Source: a virus
Virus record (IMG/VR): IMGVR_UViG_3300037483_000793
Span: 32,001 to 96,000 of that record
Direction: 5' to 3' (one strand)
DNA length: 64,000 nt
The position numbers were made by a program, and so were the translations under genes. Under the pieces are notes generated by a model. It was not told where the DNA came from, searched no databases, and saw only the letters and a list, made by a program, of their open reading frames with translations. This document shows, one piece after another, positions 9,480 to 19,325 of this stretch (its first letter is position 1; every line of letters starts with the position of its first letter).

Positions 9480-9736
9480 AGTCACTATCACTGTTCGAAG
9501 CACTCCGTGAACGTGCCGTTGAGAACGTCGATCAGCGTCACGGCTATACGATGGAATTCGCGCCGTCGCCGGTTCAGCACAAGCTCGAATACGACGAGGA
9601 AGAGCAGAAACTACGTAAGCAAGCTGCCGACGATCCGGGCCTGGTTATGTGCGGACACGCAGATCGCATTCACTATCTCGGTGGCGGTTTACGTGTCTGC
9701 TTCGAGTGTTGGGCACGGATGTTGGGACGGTCGTGA
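9476..9736 (+). CDS. hypothetical protein
   Basis: ATGA overlap; CGH...CFEC. Confidence 0.6.
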   Translation: MKSLSLFEALRERAVENVDQRHGYTMEFAPSPVQHKLEYDEEEQKLRKQAADDPGLVMCGHADRIHYLGGGLRVCFECWARMLGRS

Positions 9737-10023
9737 TGACGCTCAGCGACATGATGCAGCTCTACATGCGCGTCATGGGCATCAACTCGTGGAGCACTGA
9801 CGATCGCTTCACCGTGCGCGTATGGGACGGCATGGACGGCTGCTGGTGCGACGTCATTGCAGGTGTCGATCTCGGCTTCGCACTGCGTGCGTGGTGTGAG
9901 AAGACCGAGAACGGGACAGTCAAGACGAGCTTCAGAGACATCGATTACTACCGGATCTTTCCAGCTGACGCGAAGCTGTTGTACAGCGGCGGGCACACAA
10001 TGTTTCGGGACGAAGACGAATGA
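9736..10023 (+). CDS. phage hypothetical protein
   Basis: TGATG overlap. Confidence 0.7.
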   Translation: MTLSDMMQLYMRVMGINSWSTDDRFTVRVWDGMDGCWCDVIAGVDLGFALRAWCEKTENGTVKTSFRDIDYYRIFPADAKLLYSGGHTMFRDEDE

Positions 10024-10868
10024 AGATTCTTCGAGGCAGGGTCAACTGGATGGAGGGTCGCGAGAACCGCCCGAACCTCTACTTGCTCGTCGACAACATT
10101 CCAGCGCTCGACGAGCTGCGCTTCACGCTGCACGACAACGGTGGCACGATGGATGGCGGGTTCTATTTCGCTGAGCGTGACGGCTATTGCCGGTTCTTTC
10201 GGCACTACGGCAAGGGCAATGCGGGTGGATACAGTGGCGCGAAATTCGACATCACGATGATCGATGGTTCGCCGAAAATGTTGCACGGTCCTTGGTCGTC
10301 GAACACAGGCGAAATGAACGAACGCGGCTTCGGGCCGTGCACGGAAGCGTGGGTGACTGCAGATCCAGCGGTGTTCACGCGCGGGCACGGATTCACTACA
10401 GGCGCCGTACTGCTGTCGAAGCTGCGTGAAGCTGCAGACTGTATCGACGTCGGCACTAGCTACACGTGGCGTCCCGGCGCTGCGTACGCTGCAGAAACGA
10501 TGTTTCCGAAGGGTTCGCGTTTCGCGCTCGCGTGCAACGGACACGTCGTGACGTACACACGAACGCGAGATCGCGAAGAGAAATTCGTCGCGCGGCCAGA
10601 AGTTTTCCCAGATGGCGTGCAAATCGAGACCATCCGTGCAGCGATCGGTGCAGCGCTTGCACTCGACGGCAACACGAATCGTTCGGCGTGGGTCGCGAAC
10701 ACACCAGCCGCGCGATCAATCGGTCACGAGCTAGCCTACGAGATCGGTCAGCGCTACCAGCGGCACCTGCCCTACGACCCGATCGACACACTGCTCGCGC
10801 TGTCAAGCTACGAAGCCGCAGTTCAGTTTCCCGACGGTGAATACTGGGTCAAACCAGCGACGATCTGA
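10020..10868 (+). CDS. phage hypothetical protein
   Basis: ATGA overlap; FYFAERDGYCRFF...LHGPWSSN motif typical of phage accessory proteins. Confidence 0.75.
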   Translation: MKILRGRVNWMEGRENRPNLYLLVDNIPALDELRFTLHDNGGTMDGGFYFAERDGYCRFFRHYGKGNAGGYSGAKFDITMIDGSPKMLHGPWSSNTGEMNERGFGPCTEAWVTADPAVFTRGHGFTTGAVLLSKLREAADCIDVGTSYTWRPGAAYAAETMFPKGSRFALACNGHVVTYTRTRDREEKFVARPEVFPDGVQIETIRAAIGAALALDGNTNRSAWVANTPAARSIGHELAYEIGQRYQRHLPYDPIDTLLALSSYEAAVQFPDGEYWVKPATI

Positions 10869-10873
10869 ACGAC

Positions 10874-10924
10874 GATCGCTCTTGCGATAATACTCTTGAC
10901 AAGTCCCAGCAGCGATCATACAAA
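10874..10924 (+). promoter_or_regulatory. sigma70-like promoter TTGACA-17-TACAAA preceded by a motif B near-copy
   Basis: TTGACA 10896-10901, TACAAA 10919-10924; GATCGCTCTTGCGATA at 10874; second near-copy at 10935-10950. Confidence 0.7.
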
Positions 10925-10976
10925 CGGTGTACACAGTCGCTCACGCGATCGAGCAAGGAACTAGGGAAACAAGACC

Positions 10977-12059
10977 ATGGCACTGTCATTCGCCCAAGCA
11001 AAGCAAGCCCTCCTCGCATGCGTCGAGGCTAAGATCACTCCACTTGTCGTCGGACCGCCCGGTGTCGGAAAGACGGCGCTGATGCGCGCGGTCGCGGCCG
11101 AGGCTGGTATGCCCTGCCATGAGCTGCTCGCGAGCAACTGCGACGCGGTTGACATTGCTGGGCTGCCCTACGTGGTTGACGGCGTGCTCAAGCGCGCCCT
11201 GATCACGCAGATCAAGGCCTGCGTCGAGGCGCCGGGCTTGCTGTTCTTGGACGAGCTGACCAGCGTGCCACCGAGCGTGCAGGCGCCACTGATGCGCCTC
11301 CTGCTGGAGCATGTTGCGGGTAACGAGCGGCTTCACCTGGACAGCTGCGTCGTCGGCGCCGCGAACCGTCCCGAGGAGTGTCCCGGCGGTATCGAGATGT
11401 CCGCCGCGAGCATCAACCGCGTCATCAAGTTCGTCGACTACATGCCCACGCTCGACGAGCTGCGCAACTTCTACGAGACGATCGGCGCGTCGGGCACGCG
11501 CGTGCACGAGGAGTTCCTCGACTTCTCCGCGACACTCACCGTCAACAGCGACTTGCTCGACATGACACCGCCGCGCGCGTCGATCGATGCCGGTGCGCCG
11601 TTCGGTTCGCCGCGTGCTTGGGAGCGCGGTCTGCGCGCGTACGCTTCGTACTGCGACAAGGCAGGCGTCGGCTTCAACGTCGGCAAGGACGACGACGACA
11701 TCGGCTATGCGATTCTTTCGGGCGCTGTTGGTGAAGCCAAGGCAGTCGCGTTTCTCGGCATCCGCAAGATGCGCAAGCACCTGCCCTCGATCGAAGAGAT
11801 CCTGGCCGATCCCGTCAAGGCCAAGATCCCCGAGCAGAAGGATCGCCAGATCGCGGCCGTCGGCCTGCTCTCGCGCGTCGCCGAGAAGGATCTCTGGTGC
11901 GCGTGGCTCTACACCGAGCGCCTGCTGCCCGAGATCAGCGCTGCCTGTGCGCGCGTTCTCATGACGCGACAGGGCACGGCAGGTACGAGCAAGTGGTTCC
12001 AGCAGGGCAAGAAGGCCCAGATCGACGCTCTCGCGAAGGTCCGCCGCGCGATGCAGTAG
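10977..12059 (+). CDS. MoxR-like AAA+ ATPase
   Basis: Walker A GPPGVGKT, Walker B LLFLDE, GAANRPE sensor, SAASINR, SPRAWER. Confidence 0.9.
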   Translation: MALSFAQAKQALLACVEAKITPLVVGPPGVGKTALMRAVAAEAGMPCHELLASNCDAVDIAGLPYVVDGVLKRALITQIKACVEAPGLLFLDELTSVPPSVQAPLMRLLLEHVAGNERLHLDSCVVGAANRPEECPGGIEMSAASINRVIKFVDYMPTLDELRNFYETIGASGTRVHEEFLDFSATLTVNSDLLDMTPPRASIDAGAPFGSPRAWERGLRAYASYCDKAGVGFNVGKDDDDIGYAILSGAVGEAKAVAFLGIRKMRKHLPSIEEILADPVKAKIPEQKDRQIAAVGLLSRVAEKDLWCAWLYTERLLPEISAACARVLMTRQGTAGTSKWFQQGKKAQIDALAKVRRAMQ

Positions 12060-12077
12060 CATCGAAGGACAACTACC

Positions 12078-13349
12078 ATGGCACGCCAAAACACTAACGA
12101 AGCACAAAAGAACGGGCACACGCGCATCGACCCTGATGCCGCTGCCGCGCTCGTCAAGCGCTGCAAGGCGCAAGCGATGTCGCTCGGCTGGAAGTCGCCG
12201 TTCTTCCTGCCGTCGATTGCACGCATCGAGTTCCTCGCGACGAACTTCCCGGACACGGCATGCGTGGATCTGCGTGGTCGCATTCGCGTCAACCCGACGT
12301 TCGCAGCAACGCTCAAGGACAGCGAGCTGCAGTTCGTGATTGCACACGAGCTGATGCACCTACTGATGCTTCACCATGACCGTCGCGGTCACCGCGAGCC
12401 CGTGCGTTGGAACATCGCCACCGACCTGATCATCAACCGCACGCTCAAGAACGTCTCGACGGCGATGGGTGCGGGCTCGTTCACGATGCCGTCGGTGGGG
12501 ATCATCGCGGACGAGGATCAGGCCGAGATGACGGCCGAGCAGCTCTACAGCGAGTTGCCCGAGCCATCAGCACAGCAGATGGCAGCGCACGCGGCCGGTA
12601 CGGTGCCGGTCGGTGCAGGTTGCGGTCCAACGCCAGGCAACGGTACGGACGACGGCGACGATCCGCAGGATCAAGCAACCGAGGATCAGCTCAAGCGCCA
12701 GTGGCGCGAGTGCGCGGCGCAGAGTCAACTCTCAGGCCGTCAGGCCGGTACACAGGAAGGCAACCTGCTCGCCGACCTGCTCGACATTCCACCGCCCAAG
12801 GTCCGCTGGTCCGAGGTTCTGCGCGGTGCGTTGTACCGCGCGATCGCCGAAGCAGGCCGCGATGACGTCTCGTGGAGCCGTCGCTCGCGCCGCAGCAACA
12901 CCGAGATCATCCTGCCCGGTGGTATCACCTACCGCTGCAAGGCCGCTGTCGTCATCGACACGTCAGGCTCGATGTCCGACGAAGATCTCAGCCGCTGCGT
13001 CGCCGAGACCACAGCGATCGTCAACAACTGCCGCGTGCCAGTGTTTCTCGTCGTGCACGACCATGCCGTACAGGAAGCCTGCTGGATCCGTCCCGGCGCG
13101 AAGTCGACGGTTCACAGCAACATCAAGAAGCGGATGAAGGGTCGCGGCGGTACGAGCTTCGAGGAAGCCTACGACCGCGTCGAGAAGGAACCCGGCAAGT
13201 TCAACTGCATGGTTCACCTGACGGACGGTGAAGTCTATGACTGGCCGCAGCGGCCTGCCAGCGTCCGTCGGCTCGTCGTAGCGCTCGTCGGCTCGTCGAA
13301 CCGTGAATCTTGTCCCGACGATGCACGTATCATCGAAGTCGAGCTGTGA
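12078..13349 (+). CDS. HExxH metallopeptidase plus VWA domain protein (DUF2201-like)
   Basis: IAHELMHLLMLH, WNIATDLIIN, MIDAS VIDTSGSMS, GRGGTSF, LTDGE. Confidence 0.88.
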   Translation: MARQNTNEAQKNGHTRIDPDAAAALVKRCKAQAMSLGWKSPFFLPSIARIEFLATNFPDTACVDLRGRIRVNPTFAATLKDSELQFVIAHELMHLLMLHHDRRGHREPVRWNIATDLIINRTLKNVSTAMGAGSFTMPSVGIIADEDQAEMTAEQLYSELPEPSAQQMAAHAAGTVPVGAGCGPTPGNGTDDGDDPQDQATEDQLKRQWRECAAQSQLSGRQAGTQEGNLLADLLDIPPPKVRWSEVLRGALYRAIAEAGRDDVSWSRRSRRSNTEIILPGGITYRCKAAVVIDTSGSMSDEDLSRCVAETTAIVNNCRVPVFLVVHDHAVQEACWIRPGAKSTVHSNIKKRMKGRGGTSFEEAYDRVEKEPGKFNCMVHLTDGEVYDWPQRPASVRRLVVALVGSSNRESCPDDARIIEVEL

Positions 13350-13393
13350 CCCTGGCGCTTGATCGCGTCAGTGACTACTAGGGAGAAAGAGCT

Positions 13394-14221
13394 ATGAGCA
13401 AGAACAAGCGCACCAGCACCATCAAGAGCGAAGGCGTCTTTCACTTCCGTCCGGGGTGGATGATGGTCGACTGCTCGTCGGCGAGCGGCGGTATCCGGTA
13501 CGACCGCGAGCTGCTGAAGGAGAAGTCGATCAACAAGGGCAACGGCCTGCAGGCCGACCACAAGACGCGCAAGACCGTCGACAACGTCGAGTTCTGTGCA
13601 GCGGTCGACGCCGTCGTCAAGAAGGTCGACTACGTGCTGCGCAAGCACTGTGCGCGCACGGACATGGGCTGGTTCGCCGACGACAGCGTACTCCACAAGG
13701 TCAAGGCCGAGGTCGCCGAGATCGAGCGCGAGGCGAACGAGCTGAACACGATCGCGGCCAAGAAGGCCAAGAGCGCGCGCCGCGCGAAGATCCGTGTCGT
13801 GCCGCTCAAGCTCGACCTCGCCAAGCCAGAAGCCGTTCAGGAGATCGCCGCGACGATCCGCAGCGTGCTGACCGAGCTTCGTGACGCGCTCAGAGCCGGT
13901 GACCTCGCCAGCCTGCACAAGCTCCGTATCCGTTCCAAGAACCTGGAGCGCCTCGCGACGGGCTTCCAGAGCGATGCCATCCGGTTCGCGCTGGAGCGCG
14001 TCCCGGCCGCAGCGACCGAGATCCGTGAGACGGTCAAGAACGCTGTTCGTGCTGCCAAGAACGACGGCGAGGATGCGGACAAGGTCACCGAGGTCGGTGA
14101 GCAGGCTGCAAAGCGTGCCGGTGCGAAGGTCGATGTCGAGTCGATCGAAGCTGCAATTGCACACTTCGAGGACTCGACGCTCGGAGCCGCTGTTGACGAC
14201 GACGTCAACGACGCCGCATAG
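13394..14221 (+). CDS. helical protein, possibly DUF3150-like partner of the AAA/VWA pair
   Basis: Position after AAA-VWA; RBS GGGAG; family call is inference. Confidence 0.7.
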   Translation: MSKNKRTSTIKSEGVFHFRPGWMMVDCSSASGGIRYDRELLKEKSINKGNGLQADHKTRKTVDNVEFCAAVDAVVKKVDYVLRKHCARTDMGWFADDSVLHKVKAEVAEIEREANELNTIAAKKAKSARRAKIRVVPLKLDLAKPEAVQEIAATIRSVLTELRDALRAGDLASLHKLRIRSKNLERLATGFQSDAIRFALERVPAAATEIRETVKNAVRAAKNDGEDADKVTEVGEQAAKRAGAKVDVESIEAAIAHFEDSTLGAAVDDDVNDAA

Positions 14222-14352
14222 GACACCGACGCTCGCGCGCACGCGCGAGCGGCTGGGACGCTAAGCCAGGCGCGGTCCTGTTGTCAGCGGGTGCACACCG
14301 CGGGCGGGGATTAGAGAGGCAACCGTCCGGGTGGTACGGCGACGCGCCGCGA
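14222..14352 (+). ncRNA. candidate structured RNA or leader
   Basis: Series of hairpins in a 167 nt intergenic gap, partial likeness to GEMM and T-box motifs; unassigned. Confidence 0.3.
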
Positions 14353-14374
14353 GCCAGTACCCCACTTTTTCTTT
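14329..14374 (+). terminator. putative intrinsic terminator
   Basis: Imperfect GTGGTAC...GTACCCCAC stem followed by TTTTTCTTT. Confidence 0.45.
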
Positions 14375-14388
14375 CGTAGGAGGCTGAC

Positions 14389-14730
14389 GTGAGCGACGAA
14401 GAGAACACCAAGGACGCGTGGCTACAGGAAGCCATCAAGCGGGCCAAGCAGAGCGCGCTGCCGATCCTGCTCCGCGAGTTCGGCTTTGGTGATCCCGACG
14501 ACCCGACCGACGCTGACTCGCTCTGTGACGCGGTCGAGCTGGCGCTACTCGCTGTGACCGGCGAGGTCACGGAAGCTAAACTACGCGACGCACTTCGGTC
14601 GATCGCCGAGATGTATGCACAGACGATCGACGCGAAGTGGGAGAGCGTCGCGGACGCGATCATCAGCACACTGGAGTGGTTGCCGCCGGACAAGAAGACG
14701 CACGTGCTCGACTCGTGGGGTGGCCGGTGA
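14389..14730 (+). CDS. hypothetical protein
   Basis: AGGAGG RBS before GTG. Confidence 0.75.
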   Translation: MSDEENTKDAWLQEAIKRAKQSALPILLREFGFGDPDDPTDADSLCDAVELALLAVTGEVTEAKLRDALRSIAEMYAQTIDAKWESVADAIISTLEWLPPDKKTHVLDSWGGR

Positions 14731-15008
14731 CGGGCATCCAACACGAGCTACACGAGGTTCAGGTCACGCTCTCGTACTTCGAGCACTGGTTGTCGGCGGG
14801 ACGATTCGCATACGTCGACGAGCTGTTGCAGACCTTCCCTGTCGACGGTGAAATCGCATGCGCCGCCTTCCTCACCGTTCTAACGATCACCTTCAACGCG
14901 AAGGACAAGCTGAAACACCGCGAAGCATTTCTCGCTCGCGTTGAGGTGCTGCTACGCGAAGCACTCGGCAGCGAACGCGCTGAGAAACTGTTGGAGTACC
15001 GACGATGA
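14727..15008 (+). CDS. hypothetical protein
   Basis: GTGA overlap. Confidence 0.65.
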   Translation: MTGIQHELHEVQVTLSYFEHWLSAGRFAYVDELLQTFPVDGEIACAAFLTVLTITFNAKDKLKHREAFLARVEVLLREALGSERAEKLLEYRR

Positions 15009-15427
15009 TGACCAAGCGCCGACTCTGTAAGATTCTCGCTGACATTCAGATCTTCGATCGGTTGTTCGAAGTCACGGGACCTGTAACCGTCCAGGACGAC
15101 GAAGGTGTGACCAACGGCTGGCACGTCCAGGTCTGCTACTACGAGCCGGACGTTCTCAAACCGAACGGGAACATGGAGCTACAGAAGTCGCGGACCTGGT
15201 TCATCTGGGAAGGCGCCAGTGAATCCGAGGTCGTCGATACCGCGTTTGCGGCCGTGATGCGCAGCTATGATCACGTGGTGCAAGAGCACTTCACGTACAA
15301 GGGCAAGCGCATCTTCTCGCCGCACTTCACCGTCGGTCAGCGTCTGTCGATGGCGACGGACTGTCCCGTGTGCAACGGGCCGCATGACGACAACACGCAT
15401 CGCCAAGCGCGCGCCAACGGTCAGTGA
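15005..15427 (+). CDS. conserved phage hypothetical protein with C-terminal CxxC tail
   Basis: SEVVDTAFAAVMRSYDHVVQEHFTYKGKRIFSPHF, a recurring phage motif. Confidence 0.75.
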   Translation: MMTKRRLCKILADIQIFDRLFEVTGPVTVQDDEGVTNGWHVQVCYYEPDVLKPNGNMELQKSRTWFIWEGASESEVVDTAFAAVMRSYDHVVQEHFTYKGKRIFSPHFTVGQRLSMATDCPVCNGPHDDNTHRQARANGQ

Positions 15428-15609
15428 TGAGCTTCCGTAGCCAGGTAGCGGCACTATTCCCGCTTGCGCGTTCGCTGACGCTGCTGTCGTTCGCGATCTT
15501 GTTTCTCAGCTACTACAACGACCCGAATCCCGTCGTTGGCGCGTGCACACTCGTATTCGGCGCGATGGCGATCGTCGCTATCATAATCACACCAACGGAG
15601 AAGTCGTGA
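15424..15609 (+). CDS. small membrane protein
   Basis: Two hydrophobic stretches. Confidence 0.6.
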   Translation: MMSFRSQVAALFPLARSLTLLSFAILFLSYYNDPNPVVGACTLVFGAMAIVAIIITPTEKS

Positions 15610-15830
15610 CGCGCGTACGGAAACCTCGCCCGTTATCGCGAACGCAGCTGCGCATGCTCAAGAACGTGCGTGACGGCCGCGACGCCTTCGCGCACTGCAA
15701 AGGCATGTCCGAGTACGGTGGTGCCGATGGCACCTGGCGATCGCTCGTACGACGCGGCTTGCTCGCGTGGGACAAGCGAGATCTCGTGATCACGGCAGCA
15801 GGTCGCGCTGCGCTCGCAGGAAACTCTTGA
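15606..15830 (+). CDS. small winged-helix-like protein
   Basis: LSRTQLRML...TWRSLVRRGLL...ITAAGRAAL. Confidence 0.65.
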   Translation: MTRVRKPRPLSRTQLRMLKNVRDGRDAFAHCKGMSEYGGADGTWRSLVRRGLLAWDKRDLVITAAGRAALAGNS

Positions 15831-15856
15831 CTTGTCACAAGCAACCACGATAAGCC
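15823..15856 (+). promoter_or_regulatory. motif A variant, sigma70-like promoter
   Basis: ACTCTTGACTTGT core; RBS GGAG and ATG 15868 follow. Confidence 0.5.
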
Positions 15857-15867
15857 GGAGAACGAAC

Positions 15868-16137
15868 ATGCCTCAGATCGCCACGAACACACCGATGCCA
15901 CCGTTCGGCGTCGCTGAAGCGCTCGCGCCGATCGATCTCGTTGGCAGCGCCGACCTGTTCCAGTTCTGGCTGCAAACACACGCCGAACTGCTCGGCGCAA
16001 AGTTCTGGCGCACTGCTGTGATGCGCGAGTGCCTGCCCGACCCCGATGGCGAGCTGCTGTTTGTTTCACTGTCGCCGTTGGTTCAGATCGCGCCACGTAC
16101 TGCGCTCGTGCGTGTTGCTCTCGGAGGCGTGCAGTGA
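15868..16137 (+). CDS. hypothetical protein
   Basis: GGAG RBS. Confidence 0.6.
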   Translation: MPQIATNTPMPPFGVAEALAPIDLVGSADLFQFWLQTHAELLGAKFWRTAVMRECLPDPDGELLFVSLSPLVQIAPRTALVRVALGGVQ

Positions 16138-16424
16138 CGCTCGATCGGCGTAAACGTGTTGCTGAACTGCTAACTAAGATCGTCGCAACACTATCGCCGA
16201 CCTGGGCGCCGCGGACCATCCTTCGACATCGCTTGCGCGTGCTCTGCGGCTACGCGCAACAGATGCAGTTGCAACCCGAGGACGTGCTCACGCCTACAGG
16301 CCACGATGCATTTGTAGCGATCGCGGACACGATCTTGTGGACGCGCCACGCTGGCGAACCTCACATGAAACCGTATCGGCCACTCGCGGCTGAGTGGCAA
16401 ACCGTTATCCAACTAGCAGCATGA
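16134..16424 (+). CDS. hypothetical protein
   Basis: GTGA overlap. Confidence 0.6.
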   Translation: MTLDRRKRVAELLTKIVATLSPTWAPRTILRHRLRVLCGYAQQMQLQPEDVLTPTGHDAFVAIADTILWTRHAGEPHMKPYRPLAAEWQTVIQLAA

Positions 16425-17152
16425 CGCTCGAACGCGACACACGAACGAGTATCTTCGGCGTCCACTGGTGGAAGCTGGACCTCGGCACCGACAGGGAACA
16501 GCGCCATCGACATCGACAGCTGATTCTAGAACCGTACGCGCCGTTGTCAGCCAGTGGGGTCGTCCAGCTCAACGCATGGGTCGAAGAGGAGAAAGCCTGC
16601 TACACGTACACCGTCGATCGGCCTGACGCGAAACCCAAAGGACCACCGACGTTTCAAACAGTGTGGGAGCGTATCGAGACATCGATGCGGCGCGACTGTC
16701 CCGGCGTTCCGGGCTTGGGGCAAACGATCATCAAGGCGCTGTCGCGCTACGAACTGTGTGGCGAGTCGGCACAAGAAGGTGTGCACGGATTGTTCTGGGC
16801 TACGTTCGTCGACAACTGCGACGGCCTTGACTACCTGTGTCGTTGGGCGACAGCGGACATCAGCAGCTTCTACGCGCGGACAAGCATGAATGCCGCCTTC
16901 AGCAAACTCGCTCGCGCGACCCGTACAACTTCCGAACGCTTCATCGACGACGTCGCGCAGCTGCTTTACGACATCGGCAGCGAGCACGAGACGCCGCTGT
17001 GTCTTCGCGCGTGGCAGCGCGCCATGGTCGACGACGTGTTCTACGACGCACTTCACGCGCTCGCGACAGCTGGTTCTGGTCCCGCTGAGCGCGCACAATC
17101 GGCACTCGCGTTTCTCCGTACGCACGAATCCAAGAGGTCTCATGCCACCTGA
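16421..17152 (+). CDS. hypothetical protein
   Basis: ATGA overlap. Confidence 0.7.
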   Translation: MTLERDTRTSIFGVHWWKLDLGTDREQRHRHRQLILEPYAPLSASGVVQLNAWVEEEKACYTYTVDRPDAKPKGPPTFQTVWERIETSMRRDCPGVPGLGQTIIKALSRYELCGESAQEGVHGLFWATFVDNCDGLDYLCRWATADISSFYARTSMNAAFSKLARATRTTSERFIDDVAQLLYDIGSEHETPLCLRAWQRAMVDDVFYDALHALATAGSGPAERAQSALAFLRTHESKRSHAT

Positions 17153-17384
17153 TCCGCTTCTTGTCCGTATGCAGCAGCCCGAAGTCAAACCGATCGAGCC
17201 ACGGCTCGATGAATTTCAAGTGCCGTGGTGTGACGCGAAGTGTCCGCACTTCGCAGGAACGCGCTGCGAGCTGACGGATAGCGCGCCAGAGACGCTCTGC
17301 ATTCCTGGTGTCCGCATGCTTGTCCAGATGGCGAACCAGTTCGTGCAGCTGCAACACAACACCTACGGAGGGCGCAGGTCATGA
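17142..17384 (+). CDS. Cys-rich hypothetical protein
   Basis: WCDAKCPHF...CEL...LCIPGVR. Confidence 0.65.
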   Translation: MPPDPLLVRMQQPEVKPIEPRLDEFQVPWCDAKCPHFAGTRCELTDSAPETLCIPGVRMLVQMANQFVQLQHNTYGGRRS

Positions 17385-17752
17385 CACGTGAACCGCACCA
17401 ACCGACGTTCGCTGTCGTCGTCGAGGGTACGTACCACGACGGTACCGTCGACGATTTACAGTTGACGATCCCGTACGCGATCCGTCTCGATCGTGTGGGG
17501 CCTGGCGCGATCGAATTTACGTTGACGATCAACAACAAGATCTGCGGCCAGCTGCCGTTCGACAACTTGGTGAAAGCTGCGACACGCATCGATCCCGACA
17601 ACGCTGTCGGGCCCGAGAAACAGATCCAGAAGCTGCGCAAGGAAACCGCCGAGGCGCGTGCCGAGATGTACGACTGGCAAGCCAAAGCGCTGCAGCTCGA
17701 AGAGCGCCTCAAGCAGTACGAAGCCGCAGAAGCCGTTCCCAATGCCGACTGA
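17381..17752 (+). CDS. hypothetical protein with C-terminal coiled coil
   Basis: ATGA overlap. Confidence 0.7.
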   Translation: MTREPHQPTFAVVVEGTYHDGTVDDLQLTIPYAIRLDRVGPGAIEFTLTINNKICGQLPFDNLVKAATRIDPDNAVGPEKQIQKLRKETAEARAEMYDWQAKALQLEERLKQYEAAEAVPNAD

Positions 17753-18407
17753 CCCCACACCAATCGAAGATCCGCGCAACGCAGTTGGGCTGCTAACTGA
17801 CGTGCTAGATCTCGTTTTGGCGCAGCCGGTGTACCAGCTGTTCGAAACGGACGCGATCAAGGCCGACGTCTACGTCGCTGGGATTCCCGCGGCGCGTGAC
17901 CTCGGGCGCATGTTCACGCGCGGACCACGCAAGGTGTTCAACGGCTACCGCCGACGCGGCACCTCCGAGCTGTACCAGCAACTCAAGACCGTTCAAGAGA
18001 CGCCGCCCGACGCCGATTGGCGCATCCGCGACAACCGTCGCCGCGAACTGGCCACAGCTTCGTGGAGCATGGCTTCGCGCATCCTCAAGATCGCGATCGA
18101 CGTGATGGAAGACGCGCGTCGCTGGGAGAAGTACAACAAAGCGATCGTCGAACCCGCGACACCGTACACGCCGATGCGTGCGTATCCGGCGCCGTGGGCC
18201 AAAGACTGGGAAGACCACATCCGTTATGCGCGAGACTACTTCGGTGTCGACGTCGGCGCGATCGCGATGGCCGAATGTAGCTGGCGCTTCCGTGACCTCA
18301 CCGAACGCAGTCACCGCGGACTCAACACGCGCGCCGCATTCGAGGCAGCGTGGCTGGCTGGGCAGTACGACTTCGCGAAGCGCCTCATCACGGAGCCGTT
18401 CCAGTGA
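17742..18407 (+). CDS. hypothetical protein ending in an AAWLAG helical module
   Basis: C-terminus RAAFEAAWLAGQYDFAKRLI. Confidence 0.7.
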   Translation: MPTDPTPIEDPRNAVGLLTDVLDLVLAQPVYQLFETDAIKADVYVAGIPAARDLGRMFTRGPRKVFNGYRRRGTSELYQQLKTVQETPPDADWRIRDNRRRELATASWSMASRILKIAIDVMEDARRWEKYNKAIVEPATPYTPMRAYPAPWAKDWEDHIRYARDYFGVDVGAIAMAECSWRFRDLTERSHRGLNTRAAFEAAWLAGQYDFAKRLITEPFQ

Positions 18408-18871
18408 ACCCGCGCGTCAAATCACCGTGGCAGAAGTACGTCGAGAAGCGTGCACACCAGAACATGCGACTGATCCGCATGGCGACGTCGCGGCTTCAAC
18501 GCGACTACCAGGCACCGTCCGAGATGCCGCCGCAAGCACAGCTCGGCATCCACCTTGGGCTCATCACACTCGTGAACTGCTCGGACAAGCTCATCGACAT
18601 ACGTGCTCGCGCGCGTTGGCTCTTGCACTGGATGCTCGGCTACTTGATCGTGCAAGGATTCACTGTCGAAGATGCCTCGACGGACAACGCACTCGACGCA
18701 CTCGAAGCGATTGTGATCGCTGCTGCGCAAGCGAAAGAGAAGCAACCCGGCCAGCTCCAGTGGCGCAACGGCGTGCTGATGCACGATGACGGTACGCCGG
18801 TCCCCAATACGTGGACCAGCGTCTACAACACCGCGTGGAAGTTCATCGGCGCACTGCAAGGGCGCGCATGA
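18404..18871 (+). CDS. hypothetical protein
   Basis: GTGA overlap. Confidence 0.7.
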   Translation: MNPRVKSPWQKYVEKRAHQNMRLIRMATSRLQRDYQAPSEMPPQAQLGIHLGLITLVNCSDKLIDIRARARWLLHWMLGYLIVQGFTVEDASTDNALDALEAIVIAAAQAKEKQPGQLQWRNGVLMHDDGTPVPNTWTSVYNTAWKFIGALQGRA

Positions 18872-19092
18872 TCGTCAAAGTCCAGATCAGCCAGAACACG
18901 AACGCGGCCGAGCGCCAGGTGCTCGTCTACGACCTGGAGTACCAGTACTACGCAGAGCTGCCGTTGTCGGCGTGTCCCGGCCTGCGAGAAACCATGCTCG
19001 ACACCGCGCCTGTGTGGCGTGCGTTCTTCGAGGCCGAGATCGTCGATACCAAGTTGAGCCTCGGGCGACGCCTGCCCGACCAAGAGTGGTGA
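18868..19092 (+). CDS. phage hypothetical protein
   Basis: ATGA overlap; MIVKVQIS...LPDQEW. Confidence 0.7.
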   Translation: MIVKVQISQNTNAAERQVLVYDLEYQYYAELPLSACPGLRETMLDTAPVWRAFFEAEIVDTKLSLGRRLPDQEW

Positions 19093-19325
19093 CCGTGCCC
19101 AAATCCAAGCTCGAATACCATCTGTTCGCGCGGTTCTCGTCGAACGGCGGCGCCGTCCGCATCGGCGTGTTCCTCAGCGAACGCAAGGTACGGGAAATCG
19201 GCAACGCGATGCACGAGTTTGCCGACGACGTCTGGTACCGCACCAAGGTCCGACGTCCGGACACCAAACCGTATCGCAAGCCGCTACGCCGACCAGCGAT
19301 CGCACCTTGGCGATCGACACTCTAA
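19089..19325 (+). CDS. hypothetical protein
   Basis: GTGA overlap. Confidence 0.6.
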   Translation: MTVPKSKLEYHLFARFSSNGGAVRIGVFLSERKVREIGNAMHEFADDVWYRTKVRRPDTKPYRKPLRRPAIAPWRSTL

